DNA of 63,013 nucleotides, the filler included, from Octopus bimaculoides (lineage: Eukaryota), in assembly GCF_001194135.2 (NCBI RefSeq). It is 9 parts of 8 records of this genome, joined end to end, with 100 filler letters (N's around TTAATTAATTAA, not from the genome) between each part and the next. Parts side by side here need not be neighbours in the genome. Positions count along the whole stretch, not along the records: positions 14,206 to 18,832 come from NC_068993.1; positions 18,933 to 31,297 come from NC_068987.1; 7 more parts are not named here. The stretch is one strand, 5' to 3'. Within the stretch, counting starts at the first letter, position 1. Every line of letters starts with the position of its first letter. The notes under the pieces are model-generated. The model saw nothing but the letters and a program-made list of their open reading frames with translations. It did not search any database and was not told the origin of the DNA. The translations under genes and the position numbers were made by a program. Positions 14,206-28,681 of the stretch are shown here, in pieces.

Positions 14206-14690
14206 GAACCACATGGTTCCGTGTTTAGTTCCACTGCGTTACATCATGGGCAAGTGACTTCTACTGTCGCATCCCTGTGCTGACTAAAGCCTTGCGAGCG
14301 GATTTGGTGGACATCGTTTATATACACACACACACAGACACACACACACACAGACACACACACACACAGACACACACACACAGACACACACACACACACA
14401 CTCTCACACACAAACACATACACATACATAAACACACACACACGTACACGCACACACTCACAACTGCACAAACACACTCATACACACACTACACATTACA
14501 TCTATGTGTCTGTATCTTCGCGTTTGTGCTTGTTCCGCACTACAGCATGAAAACCGGTATCGGGTTATTTAGATCCTCATAACTTAGCAGTGCGGCAAAA
14601 GATATCCATAGAATAAGTACCAGGCTTATAACAAATAAGTATTGGGGTCAATTGTTCGGCGAAACCCTTCCAGACAGTGCACAAGCAGCC
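14206..14690 (+). mobile_element. SINE family A split by expanded (CA)n
   Basis: AACCACATGGTTCC...GGGCAAGTG before the (CA)n, AACTTAGC...AGAATAAGTACCAGGC after it. Confidence 0.65.
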
Positions 14691-14789
14691 CTGTAAGATG
14701 TAAAATTTTAAACAATGAAGTATTCAAGACACACACATACGTACACACGCACGCACGCACGCACGCACATACACACAGACACACACACA

Positions 14790-14861
<72 letters not shown>

Positions 14862-15140
14862 TACACACACAACCTTGGCTTTTTATATTTGTATCATGTA
14901 AACCTTATATTCTTATATCTCAGCTCCATTTTCCATCCATTTTCCCAGTTGTAATCCTTTACATACTTTCTTCGCTTTCTGTTTCTCCAAATAGTTTTTG
15001 CTTTACTTTTGCAATACTTTCCTCATAAACGCCACTGTTCACCTAGTTATACCGCATCTCTCCACACATTATTAAACTACTGTATCGTATACCTTAATAT
15101 TGTACAATAGTAGCTGAAGAAATGCATATATTAATATTGA

Positions 15141-15342
15141 TTTCTAATTTTGGCACGAGGCCAGTAATTTGGAGGGAAGGGATAAGTCGACCCCAATGTT
15201 CAACTGGTATTTATTTTATTGACCCCGAAAGGACGAAAGGCAAAGTCGGCCTTGTCGGAATTTGAAATCAGACGTAAAGACACACGAAATGCCGCTAAGA
15301 ATTTTGCCCATAGTATTAACAACTCTGGCAGCTCGCCGTCTT
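15141..15342 (-). mobile_element. tRNA-derived SINE, family B
   Basis: Reverse complement of GGCGAGCTGCCAGA...TTCAAATTCCG...CCTTTCATCCTTTCGGGGTC...GTACCAG. Confidence 0.8.
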
Positions 15343-15373
15343 GGTTCATATACCAATATTAAATTCTAAAATT

Positions 15374-15576
15374 AAGGCGGCGTACTAGTGCTACCCTGCC
15401 GGGCAAAGTGCTTAGCCGCATTTCGTCCGTCTTTACGTTCTGGGTTCAATTTCGCCGATGTCGACTTTGTCATCCTTTCAGAGTCGATGAAAGAAGTACC
15501 AGTTGTGCACTGGGGTCGACATAATTAACTTACCCCCTTCTCCGAATTTTCTGGCCTTGTGCCAAAATTTGAAACC
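15374..15576 (+). mobile_element. SINE family B
   Basis: Same family, inverted relative to 15141-15342. Confidence 0.8.
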
Positions 15577-15813
15577 AATACTAAATTCTAGAATTCTTAC
15601 ATTCACCTCCGCCAATTTCTCTCTACACTTAGCACATTATAATTGGATTTAGGAACGTTGCTGCTCAAGATGAAAGAAAAGAGTAATGACGAAACCTGAT
15701 TAATGTTTAATCAGAAAAAATGAAACCGAAATTCAGAAACTGTTGTGTATTGGATGTGCCAACAGGAACACACACGCGCATACAAATATGTATGTATATT
15801 TATACACACCCTC

Positions 15814-15844
<31 letters not shown>

Positions 15845-15895
15845 TGTATGTATGTATGTATGTATGTTGTATGCATACACACACACAAACACACA

Positions 15896-15936
<41 letters not shown>

Positions 15937-17372
15937 NNNNNNNNNNNNNNNNNNNNNNNNNNNNNNNNNNNNNNNNNNNNNNNNNNNNNNNNNNNNNNNN
16001 NNNNNNNNNNNNNNNNNNNNNNNNNNNNNNNNNNNNNNNNNNNNNNNNNNNNNNNNNNNNNNNNNNNNNNNNNNNNNNNNNNNNNNNNNNNNNNNNNNNN
16101 NNNNNNNNNNNNNNNNNNNNNNNNNNNNNNNNNNNNNNNNNNNNNNNNNNNNNNNNNNNNNNNNNNNNNNNNNNNNNNNNNNNNNNNNNNNNNNNNNNNN
16201 NNNNNNNNNNNNNNNNNNNNNNNNNNNNNNNNNNNNNNNNNNNNNNNNNNNNNNNNNNNNNNNNNNNNNNNNNNNNNNNNNNNNNNNNNNNNNNNNNNNN
16301 NNNNNNNNNNNNNNNNNNNNNNNNNNNNNNNNNNNNNNNNNNNNNNNNNNNNNNNNNNNNNNNNNNNNNNNNNNNNNNNNNNNNNNNNNNNNNNNNNNNN
16401 NNNNNNNNNNNNNNNNNNNNNNNNNNNNNNNNNNNNNNNNNNNNNNNNNNNNNNNNNNNNNNNNNNNNNNNNNNNNNNNNNNNNNNNNNNNNNNNNNNNN
16501 NNNNNNNNNNNNNNNNNNNNNNNNNNNNNNNNNNNNNNNNNNNNNNNNNNNNNNNNNNNNNNNNNNNNNNNNNNNNNNNNNNNNNNNNNNNNNNNNNNNN
16601 NNNNNNNNNNNNNNNNNNNNNNNNNNNNNNNNNNNNNNNNNNNNNNNNNNNNNNNNNNNNNNNNNNNNNNNNNNNNNNNNNNNNNNNNNNNNNNNNNNNN
16701 NNNNNNNNNNNNNNNNNNNNNNNNNNNNNNNNNNNNNNNNNNNNNNNNNNNNNNNNNNNNNNNNNNNNNNNNNNNNNNATTAAGATTAGTAAAATAGTTT
16801 TCTTCTATTTCAACTTTCTCTTCTCTCTCAATTTCTCTTTATATCTAAACTTCTATTTCCCTCTTATCACTCTCTGTCTTTCAACCATTCTCTCATTCTC
16901 TCTCCCCATTCCCAAACTCTAACCATACTCTCTCTTCCTATTCCCTAAACTCCTCCTAAAACTTTCTTTCTTTCTTTCTTTCTTTCCTTCTTTCTTTCTT
17001 TCTTTCTTTCCTTCTTTCTTTCTTTCTTTCTTTCTCCTCGCACAGTCTCTTAACTCATTAAATGCCTCTCTCTCCGTTTTCACCTTCATCCCTCTTTCTC
17101 TCTCCCTAAAACTGTCTTCATTTCTGTATAAACACACACACACACACACGCACTCTTTCCCTTCACACACTAAATCTCTCTCTCTCCCCCTCACTCTTTC
17201 AGTCTTTCTCTTCTCTATCTAATCTATCTATCTCTCTTCTTCTATTTCTGTCTCTCCCCTCTTCACCTTTTTCCCTTTCTGAATCTGTCTACCTTTCTAT
17301 ATAAACATACACACTCTTTCCACGCAATAAGTCTTCCCTTTCTCTAACACTATCTATCTCAACATATACTCA

Positions 17373-17437
<65 letters not shown>

Positions 17438-17948
17438 CACACACTCCCATTCTCTTTCGGCACACCAAAGATATTCTTTGAGCTAAATATATACATTTGA
17501 CATAAACTCACTTCCTGTCTTTCATAGTTTCTCTGCGATTTTCGTCTATTTTCGGTACAACAGACATGTCGTGGTTTCGTTTACTTTCTCCTCTTTGTCT
17601 TCCATCAATTCCAAAAGTTGTATTTCAAGTTTTCGTCCACGAAACGAAGGAATTTTCGTACACACATACAATGATGGGCGCGTGCATCTATATACATATG
17701 TATGTGTATGCATACATACATGCTTATATGCATGTATGTATGTATGTATGTATGTATGTATGTATGTATGTATGTATGTATGTTTGTAGGTGTATGAATG
17801 TGTGTGTACATATATACACACTCATTCACTCACTCACTCACTCACTCACTCACTCACACACACACACACACACTATACATATTGTCAATGTTCTCGCTTT
17901 ATTCTTAAAATACCTTTTAAATAAACAACAGCCAAAAACGTATTATAA

Positions 17949-18265
17949 GGTGCAGGTGTGACTGTGCGGTAAGAAGCTTGCTTCCCAACCACATGGTTTC
18001 GAGTTCAGTCCCACAGCGTAGTACCTAGGATAAGTATCATCAGCTTACCCAAGGTGCCACGAGCTGACCAAAGCTTTGTGAGCGGATTTGGCAGGCGGAA
18101 ACAAAAAGAAGTGTTTGTGTCTTTTCTATGTTTGCCCCCCACTACCGCTTGACAACCAGTGTTGTTTTGTTTATGTCCATCTAACATAGCTGTTCGGCAA
18201 AAGAGAACGGTAGAATAAGTACTCCGCTTTAAAAAAAAAAAAGCTCTGAGGATCGAGTTCCTTCC
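17949..18265 (+). mobile_element. SINE family A (internally deleted)
   Basis: Same head, core and AGAATAAGTAC segments as the other A copies. Confidence 0.75.
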
Positions 18266-18299
18266 TGAAGGATACAGACTCATAAAATCAGTTCCCGGC

Positions 18300-18485
18300 T
18301 TCTGTTGGGGTATATATTCCTGCCGGGACGGGACACCGGTCCGTTGCAGGATGACTTATTTTTGCCAGCTGAGTGGACTGGAGAAATGGGAAATGAAGTG
18401 TCTTGCTCAAGACAACAACGTGTCGCACGGTCCAAGAATCGAAATCACAATCTTATAATCATGAGTCTAATACTCAGCAGCATTT
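18300..18485 (-). mobile_element. SINE family C-related fragment
   Basis: Reverse complement of the CAAGACACTTCATTTC...CCAGTCCACTCAGCTGG core. Confidence 0.6.
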
Positions 18486-18619
18486 CTTCCAATTCTACGT
18501 TCCAAGTTCAAGTTCTGTCTAGGTCGACTTTGTCTTTCGTCCTCTCGGAGTCGATGAAATAAGTAGCAATCAAACAGTGGGGGTCGATGTAATCGACTAC
18601 CTCACTTGCCCAGAATTTC

Positions 18620-18832
18620 AGTCATTTGACAGTGGCCATGCTGGAGCACCACCTTTAGTCGAGCAAATCGACCCCAGGATTCATTCTTTGTAAGCCTAGT
18701 ACTTATTCTATTGGTCTCTTTTGCCGAACCGCTAACTTATGGAGACGTAAACACACCAGCATCGGTTGTCAAGCGATGTTGGGGGGACAAACACAGACAC
18801 ACAAATATATACACACACATACATATATATAT
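18620..18832 (-). mobile_element. SINE family A, 3' half
   Basis: Reverse complement of the family A tail; broken at a gap. Confidence 0.8.
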
Positions 18833-18986
18833 NNNNNNNNNNNNNNNNNNNNNNNNNNNNNNNNNNNNNNNNNNNNTTAATTAATTAANNNNNNNNNNNN
18901 NNNNNNNNNNNNNNNNNNNNNNNNNNNNNNNNTCTGATTTCCAGTGTCACTTCAACTGCTTGGTTGATGTTTTCGGGAACAGCAGA

Positions 18987-19480
<494 letters not shown>

Positions 19481-20453
19481 CATCGGCAACTTTAACCTTT
19501 ACTATAATTCCTCGGTTCCCATACATTTTATTTCGAACTCTTTCCACGCTTCACTCCGTTTCCTCCTCTCCATCGATATTACATATTTATTTTTCTCTCT
19601 AAACTTCTGTCCGTCTCTTTCCTTACTCTTTCTCTTCCCTTCCATATTTTCATGTATTTATTCCCTTATTTTCGTTTCTGTTGTACATCCTCCATTTCTT
19701 TCTTGCTTTTTTCCTTTTCGTCCTATCTTCTACATTTATTTCGTATTTCGATTCTTATTTTAAGGAAAACAATTCCACATTCTCTTTTATTACAATTATC
19801 TTCCATACTTTCCTATCTATACCTTTTTCATTTTCGTTTTCTCCATTTTTTTCCCTCCATTTTTTCCCTCCATTTTTTCCCCCTCCATTTTCCTTTTGTT
19901 ATTTTTACGTGTTTCCTCTTCTTCATTCGCTATCAAAATTTACCATTTTTTTCGTCTATCTTTTCCTTTCTTCGTATACCGACAAAATGTATCGACTTCA
20001 ATACGAAATACTAGCAAAGAAACAAGTTTAATGTTACTCAGAAAGAAAAAGGAAAAACAAATATGGCGAATCCAGTTATATCTATTGCGAAAACTTGCAA
20101 TAGGGTATTCTAGGTGTGCGTTTGTTATTTTTTTCGTAAGTATTCCTATGTAATCTAGTTCATTTGATGTAGATTTTCCCCATTCTTTTATTTTTCTTCT
20201 AAAGATATTTAATCATTGCAAGCTTCCTCAAAAATATGTTGTATACACACATAGTTACATACATAATAAATACACAAACATACACACACATATATGTATC
20301 GATATATATATATAATTAATAATATACAAAACACAGGTATGCTATCAAATGCTTTAGAGAACGTACGCCGGTTTCAGGTTGTATATATGTATCTATATAT
20401 GTATGTACGTCTATATATATATATATGAGCATATACACACACACACACACACA

Positions 20454-20578
<125 letters not shown>

Positions 20579-20869
20579 CCATATACACACATATATTTAT
20601 ATTTACACATATGGTTATATATCTTCCTCTGTGCATACCTTTCGGTGCGTAGACTCAAACAACGTACGCCCGCTCTCATATGATATATGTGTTTATGAAT
20701 GTATTTCTGTGTCGATATGCTTGTAAGATGGCTTCCAACTTTAATTAACGATATCTACATGTATATTTTTCGATCTCAAATGTTTGGTTACAAATGTATT
20801 GTTTATTCTAAAACATTTTAGCTTTTTATTGCACTCACGCACGCCTAGACGCACTCAGGTATAGAGGCC

Positions 20870-21400
20870 ACCATACATGTATGCATCTGGATGTATGTAT
20901 GTATGTATGTATGTATGTATGTATGTATGTATGCATGTATGCATGTATGTATGTATGTATGTATGTATGTAAGTACGNNNNNNNNNNATGTATGTATGTA
21001 TGTATGTAAGTACGTTTGTGTGTATGTCTGTGTGCATGCATGTATGTATGTATGTTTGTTTGTATGTTTGTATGTATGTTTGTTTGTATGCATGTTTGTA
21101 TGTATGTGTGTATGTATGTATGTATGTATGTACGTATGTACGTACGTACGTATGTATGTATGTATGCAAGTACGTTTGTGTGTATGTTTATATGTATATA
21201 TGGATGTATGTATGTTTGTATGTTTGTTTGTATGTATGTTTGCATGTATGTATGTTTGTATGTATGTATGTTTGCATGTTTGTATGTATGTGCGTATGTT
21301 TGTTTGTATGTATGTATGTATGTGTATGTTTGTATGTTTGTATGTGTGTATGTTTGTATGCATGTTTGTATGTATGTTTGCATGTATGTATGTAAGTTTG
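20870..21400 (+). repeat. Cryptic tetranucleotide satellite (TATG/TTTG/CATG/TACG)
   Basis: About 530 bp mostly in 4-nt phase, with variant units. Confidence 0.9.
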
Positions 21401-21487
21401 TATTATGTACATATATATATATGTGTGTGTGTGCGTGTGTATGTGTATGCGTGTGTATGTGTGTGTGTGTTTGTGTGTGCGTGAATG

Positions 21488-21805
21488 TGCGTGGCTTAGT
21501 GGTTAGGGTATTCGGCTCACGGTCATAAGGTCGTGATTTCGATTCCCGGCGGCGCGTTGTGTCCTTGAGCAAGACACTCAATTCTCCCTTTTCCCAAATC
21601 AACTCAACTGGCAAAAATGATTTGTGCCCGTAATTTAAAGAGCCAGCCTAGTTCCTCTCAGCGTCACGCTGAAGCTCCCTTAATATTACGTCAAGGGTAC
21701 GTGTGTCTGCGGAGTACTCAGGCATTTGCACGTTGAGTTCACGTGCGTGCTGTTCGGGTAATCTATCAACTAGAACGCTCGTCGTCTTACCCAATGGAAA
21801 GCCAG
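21488..21805 (+). mobile_element. SINE family C
   Basis: GTGGCTTAGTGGTTAGGG...TTTCGATTCCCGG...TTGAGCAAGACAC...GTCAAGGGTACGTGTGTCTG. Confidence 0.8.
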
Positions 21806-21813
21806 ACTGTGTA

Positions 21814-21846
<33 letters not shown>

Positions 21847-22318
21847 TCCGTTTATATATTTTTATTGGCTAAACTGGCAATATGACCATCCCCAAGTACA
21901 ACAACAATATATATATATATANNNNNNNNNNNNNNNNNNNNNNNNNNNNNNNNNNNNNNNNNNNNNNNNNNNNNNNNNNNNNNNNNNNNNNNNNNNNNNN
22001 NNNNNNNNNNNNNNNNNNNNNNNNNNNNNNNNNNNNNNNNNNNNNNNNNNNNNNNNNNNNNNNNNNNNNNNNNNNNNNNNNNNNNNNNNNNNNNNNNNNN
22101 NNNNNNNNNNNNNNNNNNNNNNNNNNNNNNNNNNNNNNNNNNNNNNNNNNNNNNNNNNNNNNNNNNNNNNNNNNNNNNNNNNNNNNNNNNNNNNNNNNNN
22201 NNNNNNNNNNNNNNNNNNNNNNNNNNNNNNNNNNNNNNNNNNNNNNNNNNNNNNNNNNNNNNNNNNNNNNNNNNNNNNNNNNNNNNNNNNNNNNNNNNNN
22301 NNNNNNNNNNNNNNNNNN

Positions 22319-22357
<39 letters not shown>

Positions 22358-24858
22358 TAGATAGATAGATATCGATACAGATATACAAATACATATATAC
22401 ATATAAATATACACAGGAGCACGATCATGTACATAGTGAAATATTGGACTACGTGTTAGGTGTTGAGTTTCTTACTTCGAATTTCAGATCAGTTCAAAAC
22501 ACCTTGGAGATCATTTGTTATGCATATTTATAAGAAAACTTATGTATTCATATCCCCTATGTTTTTATCATGTTGTGAAATTAAGCTTGATATGATCTGC
22601 AGAACGTAAGCTTTTGCTTGAATAAAACCTGATCACAGTGTTTCGTGTTCAAAAAGAAATTGCCATCTATCATCTATACTATAATATAGAAAGCTGCTTA
22701 TCTGACTGAAGCATGTAGCTTTTTCTAAATTCTTTTATTGAAGTGTACACTGTCTAGAAAATTCTTATAAATTCCAATTTTAACATTGATTTTTTTCATC
22801 AAAATGTGTTTTTTGAGAATCTTTTATTATTGATTTCACCTAAATGCTAATCAGAACACTAACTTTTATTCACTGTGACATCAGCTTTTTAACGTCATAT
22901 ATTTAAATCCCCTTTTCAACTGTTTCCTTACAAAACTGTCTGCCTGTCTCTATATCTTTCGTTCTGAGTCACATAACACTTTACCCTGATAAGTCCCAGG
23001 TTCCTTTAGTGATTGAAAAAAAATTGGGATCTGTGTATCGTATATGATGTATGCATGCTAGATAGATATGTCCCGGGTACCATATATAAAGTACAAGACA
23101 GATAAAGGCTTAATGAAATATATACTCTTCATATATTTAATAATAAAAGCATGATTTCTCAACGGTATAACTGGGGAATTACTATTTATTAGATACATGA
23201 CTACTAAAAATCGACAATTCCTCATATTATTCAACTCTTAAACACTCAAAGTGTAAAATTTTTAAATCTCTTCTTAATCCTTTGCCTGTCCAAAGCATTT
23301 TCCTAATTTTGTCCTAAACATCCATGTTTGTTTTCAGATTTTTAGTTAACCCTTGTTTCTTACTTTCTGAGTAACATAAAGCTTTCCTCTTGTAAGTCCC
23401 AAGTTAATTTAGTGGTTGAAAAGAAACTGGGTATGTGTATCATATGTGGTGCATGAATGCCAGGGATATATGTCCGGTGCATCACGTGATGCACAGTGGA
23501 AGCAAAGGGTTAGCATTAATTTATTTATTATACGTAGTGTAACAGTTGAATCCGAGGAAAGTAGTGATTCTATGCATCGGCAAATAGTAGCACAGAACGT
23601 TGAAACAGTGGAATATAGAAGTTATGTGATGCGGAAGTAGAGAGGTCAAATGGTTCGAGTTGAACTCTTCAGTAGAGCGAGATGAGTTGTTTTAGAAGTG
23701 GTTCGAGATAAGAGAGTATTGAAAGCGGGAAGCTATTATAATAATGAATATTAAGGAAGGAGGAGGAAGAGGAGGAGGAGGAGGAGAGAGAGAGAGAGAG
23801 AGAGATGGTCGTAACGATGAGGAAAGAAGTATTTGTGGCAGGGCAGCGGTCAAAGCGAGAAGATAAGAAATAGGAACACCGGCAGATTTGAAAAAAAAAA
23901 AAAACGAAACGAAAGCGAGATGGGATTAAAACAGAATAAAAAAAACACACATATATATATATGCATAAATACACAAACACACATTCATATATACTCGCAT
24001 ACACATACACATATTTATACACATACATACTTAAACACACAGGTATGCATGCATACATGTATATACACAAATAAGTTTGTTGAATAAGTTGGGTTTGCTG
24101 AAAATGTTGAGTAAAGAACACAGTCATCGAGCCGTATTTATACGCATCCAGACGGATAGACGCCCACATTGAAATCAATAAATATTTAACCTGGTTCAAC
24201 ATAACAAAATCAACTGACACCTGACTGTTTTTGCTGTTGTTGTTAATGTTATCCATATCGTTTAGCCTCCAGGTCAGCTCTGATCAAGCAAACCCATGAT
24301 CAAAGATTTTTCGGTACCACCATCCTTGTTTTAATTTGTTTTCGTTCAGCCTTCGAACAATCCTAACTATGACATCCAATATGTGCCTTATCTTAGAACC
24401 AGTTTGAGTGAGACTTGGCTGCTATTTCCAGTTGATCAGATAGAAGCTGTTTCATTGACTCATTTATGTGTTTGCTTGTTTAATGCTTTTCATTATTAGA
24501 AAATTTTTTTTTAGAAAACTTTGATGTTCAAAATGAACTGACAACGTATGAGAAATAGCAAACAACCAGGAAAAAACGCTTTGCGGTATTAATTCTGGAT
24601 ATTTATGTTCTGAGTTTAAATCGAGCTGAGGCTAACTTCGCCTTTCATCCTTCTGGCATCGATAAAATAAAGTACCAAACAAATACTGGGGTTGATTCAA
24701 TCAAAAAACACTGCCTCCCAAAATTTCATGCCTTGTGTCTATTTTATAAGGAATTAGAAACATGGCCGCTGTACTGTATACATTTTATAAAAGTGATTCG
24801 ATCGCTGATATTCTCTATCATGTATGTTATTTTTCTGGTATTATATACGTGTGTGAAA

Positions 24859-24991
24859 GGCGGTGAGCTGGCAGAATCGTTAGGACGCCGGGCGAAATAC
24901 TTAGCGGTATTTCGTCTGCCGTTACGCCCTGAGTTCAAATTCCGCTGAGGTCGACTTTGCCTTTCATCCTTTCGGGGGTCGATAAATTAAG
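24859..24991 (+). mobile_element. SINE family B (5' part)
   Basis: GGCGGTGAGCTGGCAGAATCGTTAG...GAGTTCAAATTCCGC...GATAAATTAAG. Confidence 0.85.
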
Positions 24992-25518
24992 ATCGACCCC
25001 AGAACGCAACTGGTACTTAATTTATCGACCCCGAAAGAATGAAAGGTAAAGTTAACCTTGGTGGAATTTGAATTCAGAACGTAAGGCCGGAAGAAATATC
25101 GCTAAGCATGTTGTCCGGCGTGCTAACGATTCTGCCAGCTCACCGCCTTAAGCAAAATCGACCTCATTGGGATTAGAACCGNNNNNNNNNNGACCTCGGC
25201 GGAATTTGAACTCAGAACGTAACGGCAGACGAAATACCGCTCAGCATTTCGCCCGGCGTGCTAACGTTTCTGCCAGATCGCCGCCTTAGGTAAGGGAGAA
25301 ATATCTTTTCTACTATAGGCATAAGACCTGAAATTTCAGGGGAGAGGAGTCGACTACATCGATCCCAGTGCTCAACTGGTATTTATTTTATCGACCCCGA
25401 AAGAATGAAAGGTAAAGTTAACCTTGGTGGAATTTGAATTCAGAACGTAAGGCCGGAAGAAATATCGCTAAGCATGTTGTCCGGCGTGCTAACGATTCTG
25501 CCAGCTCACCGCCTTAAG
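24992..25518 (-). mobile_element. Cluster of three minus-strand SINE family B copies or fragments
   Basis: Copies at about 24992-25149, 25192-25287 and 25305-25518, with a 10-N gap at 25182-25191. Confidence 0.8.
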
Positions 25519-26627
25519 CAAAATCGACCTCATTGGGATTAGAACCGTGAGTATAGGGGCTGGAACGAATGCTGCAGGCTATTCTATCCGATGCTCTAAT
25601 GATTTCCTTACAATGAAAAACATTTTATTGATGAAAGTATGTGTTTTCAAAATGTGGCTTCCTGAATTTATTCAAAATAGAATCCAATAAATCAGTATGA
25701 AGAGGATGAAATACTTTTAAAAACATGTCTTGTCTGTTATAAAATGTTTTACGTTAGAGACGGTGTTTGTCATGCGTGTTCGTTTTCTGTTGAATAACAA
25801 CAGCTTATATGACGGTAATTTTCTCTTTCAATATTCTTATTAAATTCATATTGCATTTCAGTCAATATTCTTATTTGCATCTTACATACAAGTACTCCAG
25901 CCTTGAAAGATTTAGGAAGGCTGTATCTAGTGCTAAGTACATCTCATACATTCCATGTCATTACAAACTACCAGATACAGCGTATATATTTCCAAATTAT
26001 TTCACTTTAAATATTGTAGATTGTGCTTAACACTATTCAATAAAATTGTTTATTTACTACTTGTAAAGAGAATTTCTGTTTTGTATAAATTTTATACAAT
26101 ATTTCTGTTTAACTTTACAAAATGTGTGCAAATAATTCTTTCAACAATGTCTGTTTTATGAGTACATTTTATTAGCATATTTTATTGATAATTCTTTTCA
26201 ATGTTAGACTCTAAAAATGCTCGAGTGAAGGATTAAAAAATGTTACATTTAAATGTTGAAATTATTTCCTACAAATTGCTTTTCTCGTATGGAAATTTTA
26301 GTAGACATAATGGCCGCTGATAGATATGTATGATATTGTAAAAAGTTCATTTTCTTACTGGTTGTAACCCATCAAGCTGGGCACTACCGTCAATTGATTT
26401 TTAGTCGATCGTTACAACCAAACTGATTATTTCAGTTTAGTGGTCATGTTAGGATCCTGGTTATCGAAAGTCTAAGGTACAATTTTTGACATAAAGGATC
26501 GGAACACCAGCTTACATCGGTAAACATGCCTACATACTCTCTGACACGCTTACGTACGCAGACACATAGGTGTCCGTATGTAAGTGTGTAACACCCATAA
26601 ATAACACATAAATTACGAATCACAGCT

Positions 26628-26787
26628 AGGAGTGGCTGCGTGGTAAGTAGCTTGCTTACCAACCACACGGTTCCGGGTTCATTCCCACTGTGTGGTACCT
26701 TGGGCAAGTGTCTTCTACTGTAGCCTCGGGCCGACCAAAGCCTTGTGAGTAGATTTAGTAGACGGAAACTGAAAGAAGCCCGTCGTA

Positions 26788-26836
<49 letters not shown>

Positions 26837-27047
26837 ATATGTTTGTGTGTCTGTGTTTGTCCCCCCAACATCGCTTGTCAACCGATGGTGGTGTGTTTAC
26901 GTCCCCGTAACTTAGCGGTTCAGAAAAAAGAGACCGATAGAATAAGTACTGGGGTCGATGTGTTTGACTAAACCTTTCAAGGCGGTGCCCCATCATGACC
27001 GCAGTTCAACTAGTGAAACAAGTAAAAAATAAAAGATAAAAGATAAA
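26628..27047 (+). mobile_element. tRNA-derived SINE, family A (near full length)
   Basis: GGAGTGGCTGCGTGGTAAG head, GGTTCCGGGTTCATTCCC B-box, TTGGGCAAGTGTCTTCTAC core, internal (TA)/(TG) repeat and GAAACAAGTAAAA tail. Many copies in the window. Confidence 0.85.
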
Positions 27048-27784
27048 GCTATTACAGGTCAAAGGACATAAGTTACGATTAGAAGCAATGATTTTTGAAA
27101 GGTAGGATATTCATGGAGGATAATTCCATCTGTTCTTTATGATAACGTTTTAGTATCACTCACAGTAGGATATTCTTTCAAAGAAAGGATGCTTGAAAAT
27201 TATTATATCGTTAATGAAAGTCAACAAAAACATGGACGTAAGACAATGAAAAAGTAATTTTAGAAAAACAAACATCCTTTCAAAGAAGGTTAATTGATAT
27301 GATTTCTTGTAACGAAAGTATTTTTTCCAGAAACTCAAGACTTAAAATTATTAGTTTTTGAGTAATAAATTAAACGATCTCAACATCGGAAATCATTTTA
27401 TAATCACCTGGTTTCCTGAATATTAATATCAATATTGATTTTAAAGTGACACAAAAAAGACATATATTGAATTAACTGAAAACACTTTCAAAATTCGTTC
27501 GTTACACACAGTATACTCTTCGTTTAGGTGGAGCAAGTGCAACTCCACTTCTTTTTTTTAATTTTTTATCAAAATCTATTTGATATCTAAAGCAGAAAGT
27601 GACGTTCCACGTTTGTATACACACCAGTTTGTTATTCTGAGGTTGCTTCTGAAATCACTTTCAACGTTCATTATTTATACACGATATAACCTTACCTTTC
27701 GATGAGATGAAGAAACAAGAGTAATTTCACTTCATTATCAAAATTCATTTACTACCTAAAGGATAGTAACTAAGCAGAAAATGT

Positions 27785-27978
27785 GGGGAGCTGGCAGAAA
27801 CGTTAGCAATGCCGGGCGAAATGCTTAGCGGTATTTCGTCTGCCGTTACGTTCTGAGTTCAAATTCCGCCGAGGTCGACTTTACCTTTCATCCTTTCGAG
27901 GTCGATAAATTAAGTACCAGTTACGCACTGGGTCGATGTAATCGATTTAATCCCTTTGTCTGTCCTTGTTTGTCCCCT
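27785..27978 (+). mobile_element. SINE family B (well conserved)
   Basis: GAGCTGGCAGAAACGTTAGC...GAGTTCAAATTCCGCCGAGGTCGAC...GTCGATGTAATCGA. Confidence 0.85.
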
Positions 27979-28644
27979 CCTTGTTTTCCTCGCTTGGATA
28001 GACATCATAAATATTATACACACCATTGCCTTATTTTAAGGCTGCTTCAAGTACGTGTGTTTTGTGAAAACATATTTTTACTGGAAGAAATAAAATAGAT
28101 TCTTTTTGAAGGAATTATATTTTGAAATCTACCGTAAATTCTTCAAATCTGCCATAAATTTTACTTTTCTCTGAACGTATACATGTTAGGTCTTTAAAAA
28201 GATAACATTTTCCAGATCTGCTGTGACTGCTTAATGTTTACTGGGAATTACTGCCAGTTTCATGTCACCTTTTGAAAGGATAAAATGTTTTTATGTCTAC
28301 AGCGTGCAGAATTCTCGTGTCAGCATAAGACCACCCACACCCGAAATTACATTTGAAAGACGGCTGTATGAATAATAACTCCTTTAACAATTCCGTAGCA
28401 CTGTTTCATAATTTACGTGAATCAATGTATGGGCCACACGTGACCTGGGTTAACCAATAAAATCCATTTGTCCTGGAATCCTTTTCACATTTTGAATTTT
28501 CTGGGAATGTCTACATTATTGTCATATTTATTGCCTTAAGAAATGGATAATAAGACAGAAAGTAACAACTGAATAAATCTAATAATTATACTTTATAAAG
28601 TGCATTTAGTACTTTTCTTTTTACCGTTCGTCGTAACGAAATGG

Positions 28645-28681
<37 letters not shown>

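Noticed and set aside
15720-16922. Long ORFs of 300-500 aa here and at 44873-46171, 51105-51987 and 61145-62869
   Set aside because: Mostly N-gap read-through plus dinucleotide repeats; the only real coding parts are the transposon remnants listed.
25885-25950. LRR-like peptide DTAFLNLSRLEYLY before a GTAAGA donor (minus strand)
   Set aside because: No pyrimidine tract, an in-frame stop just upstream, length and phase unlike typical LRR exons, and no neighbouring LRR exons.
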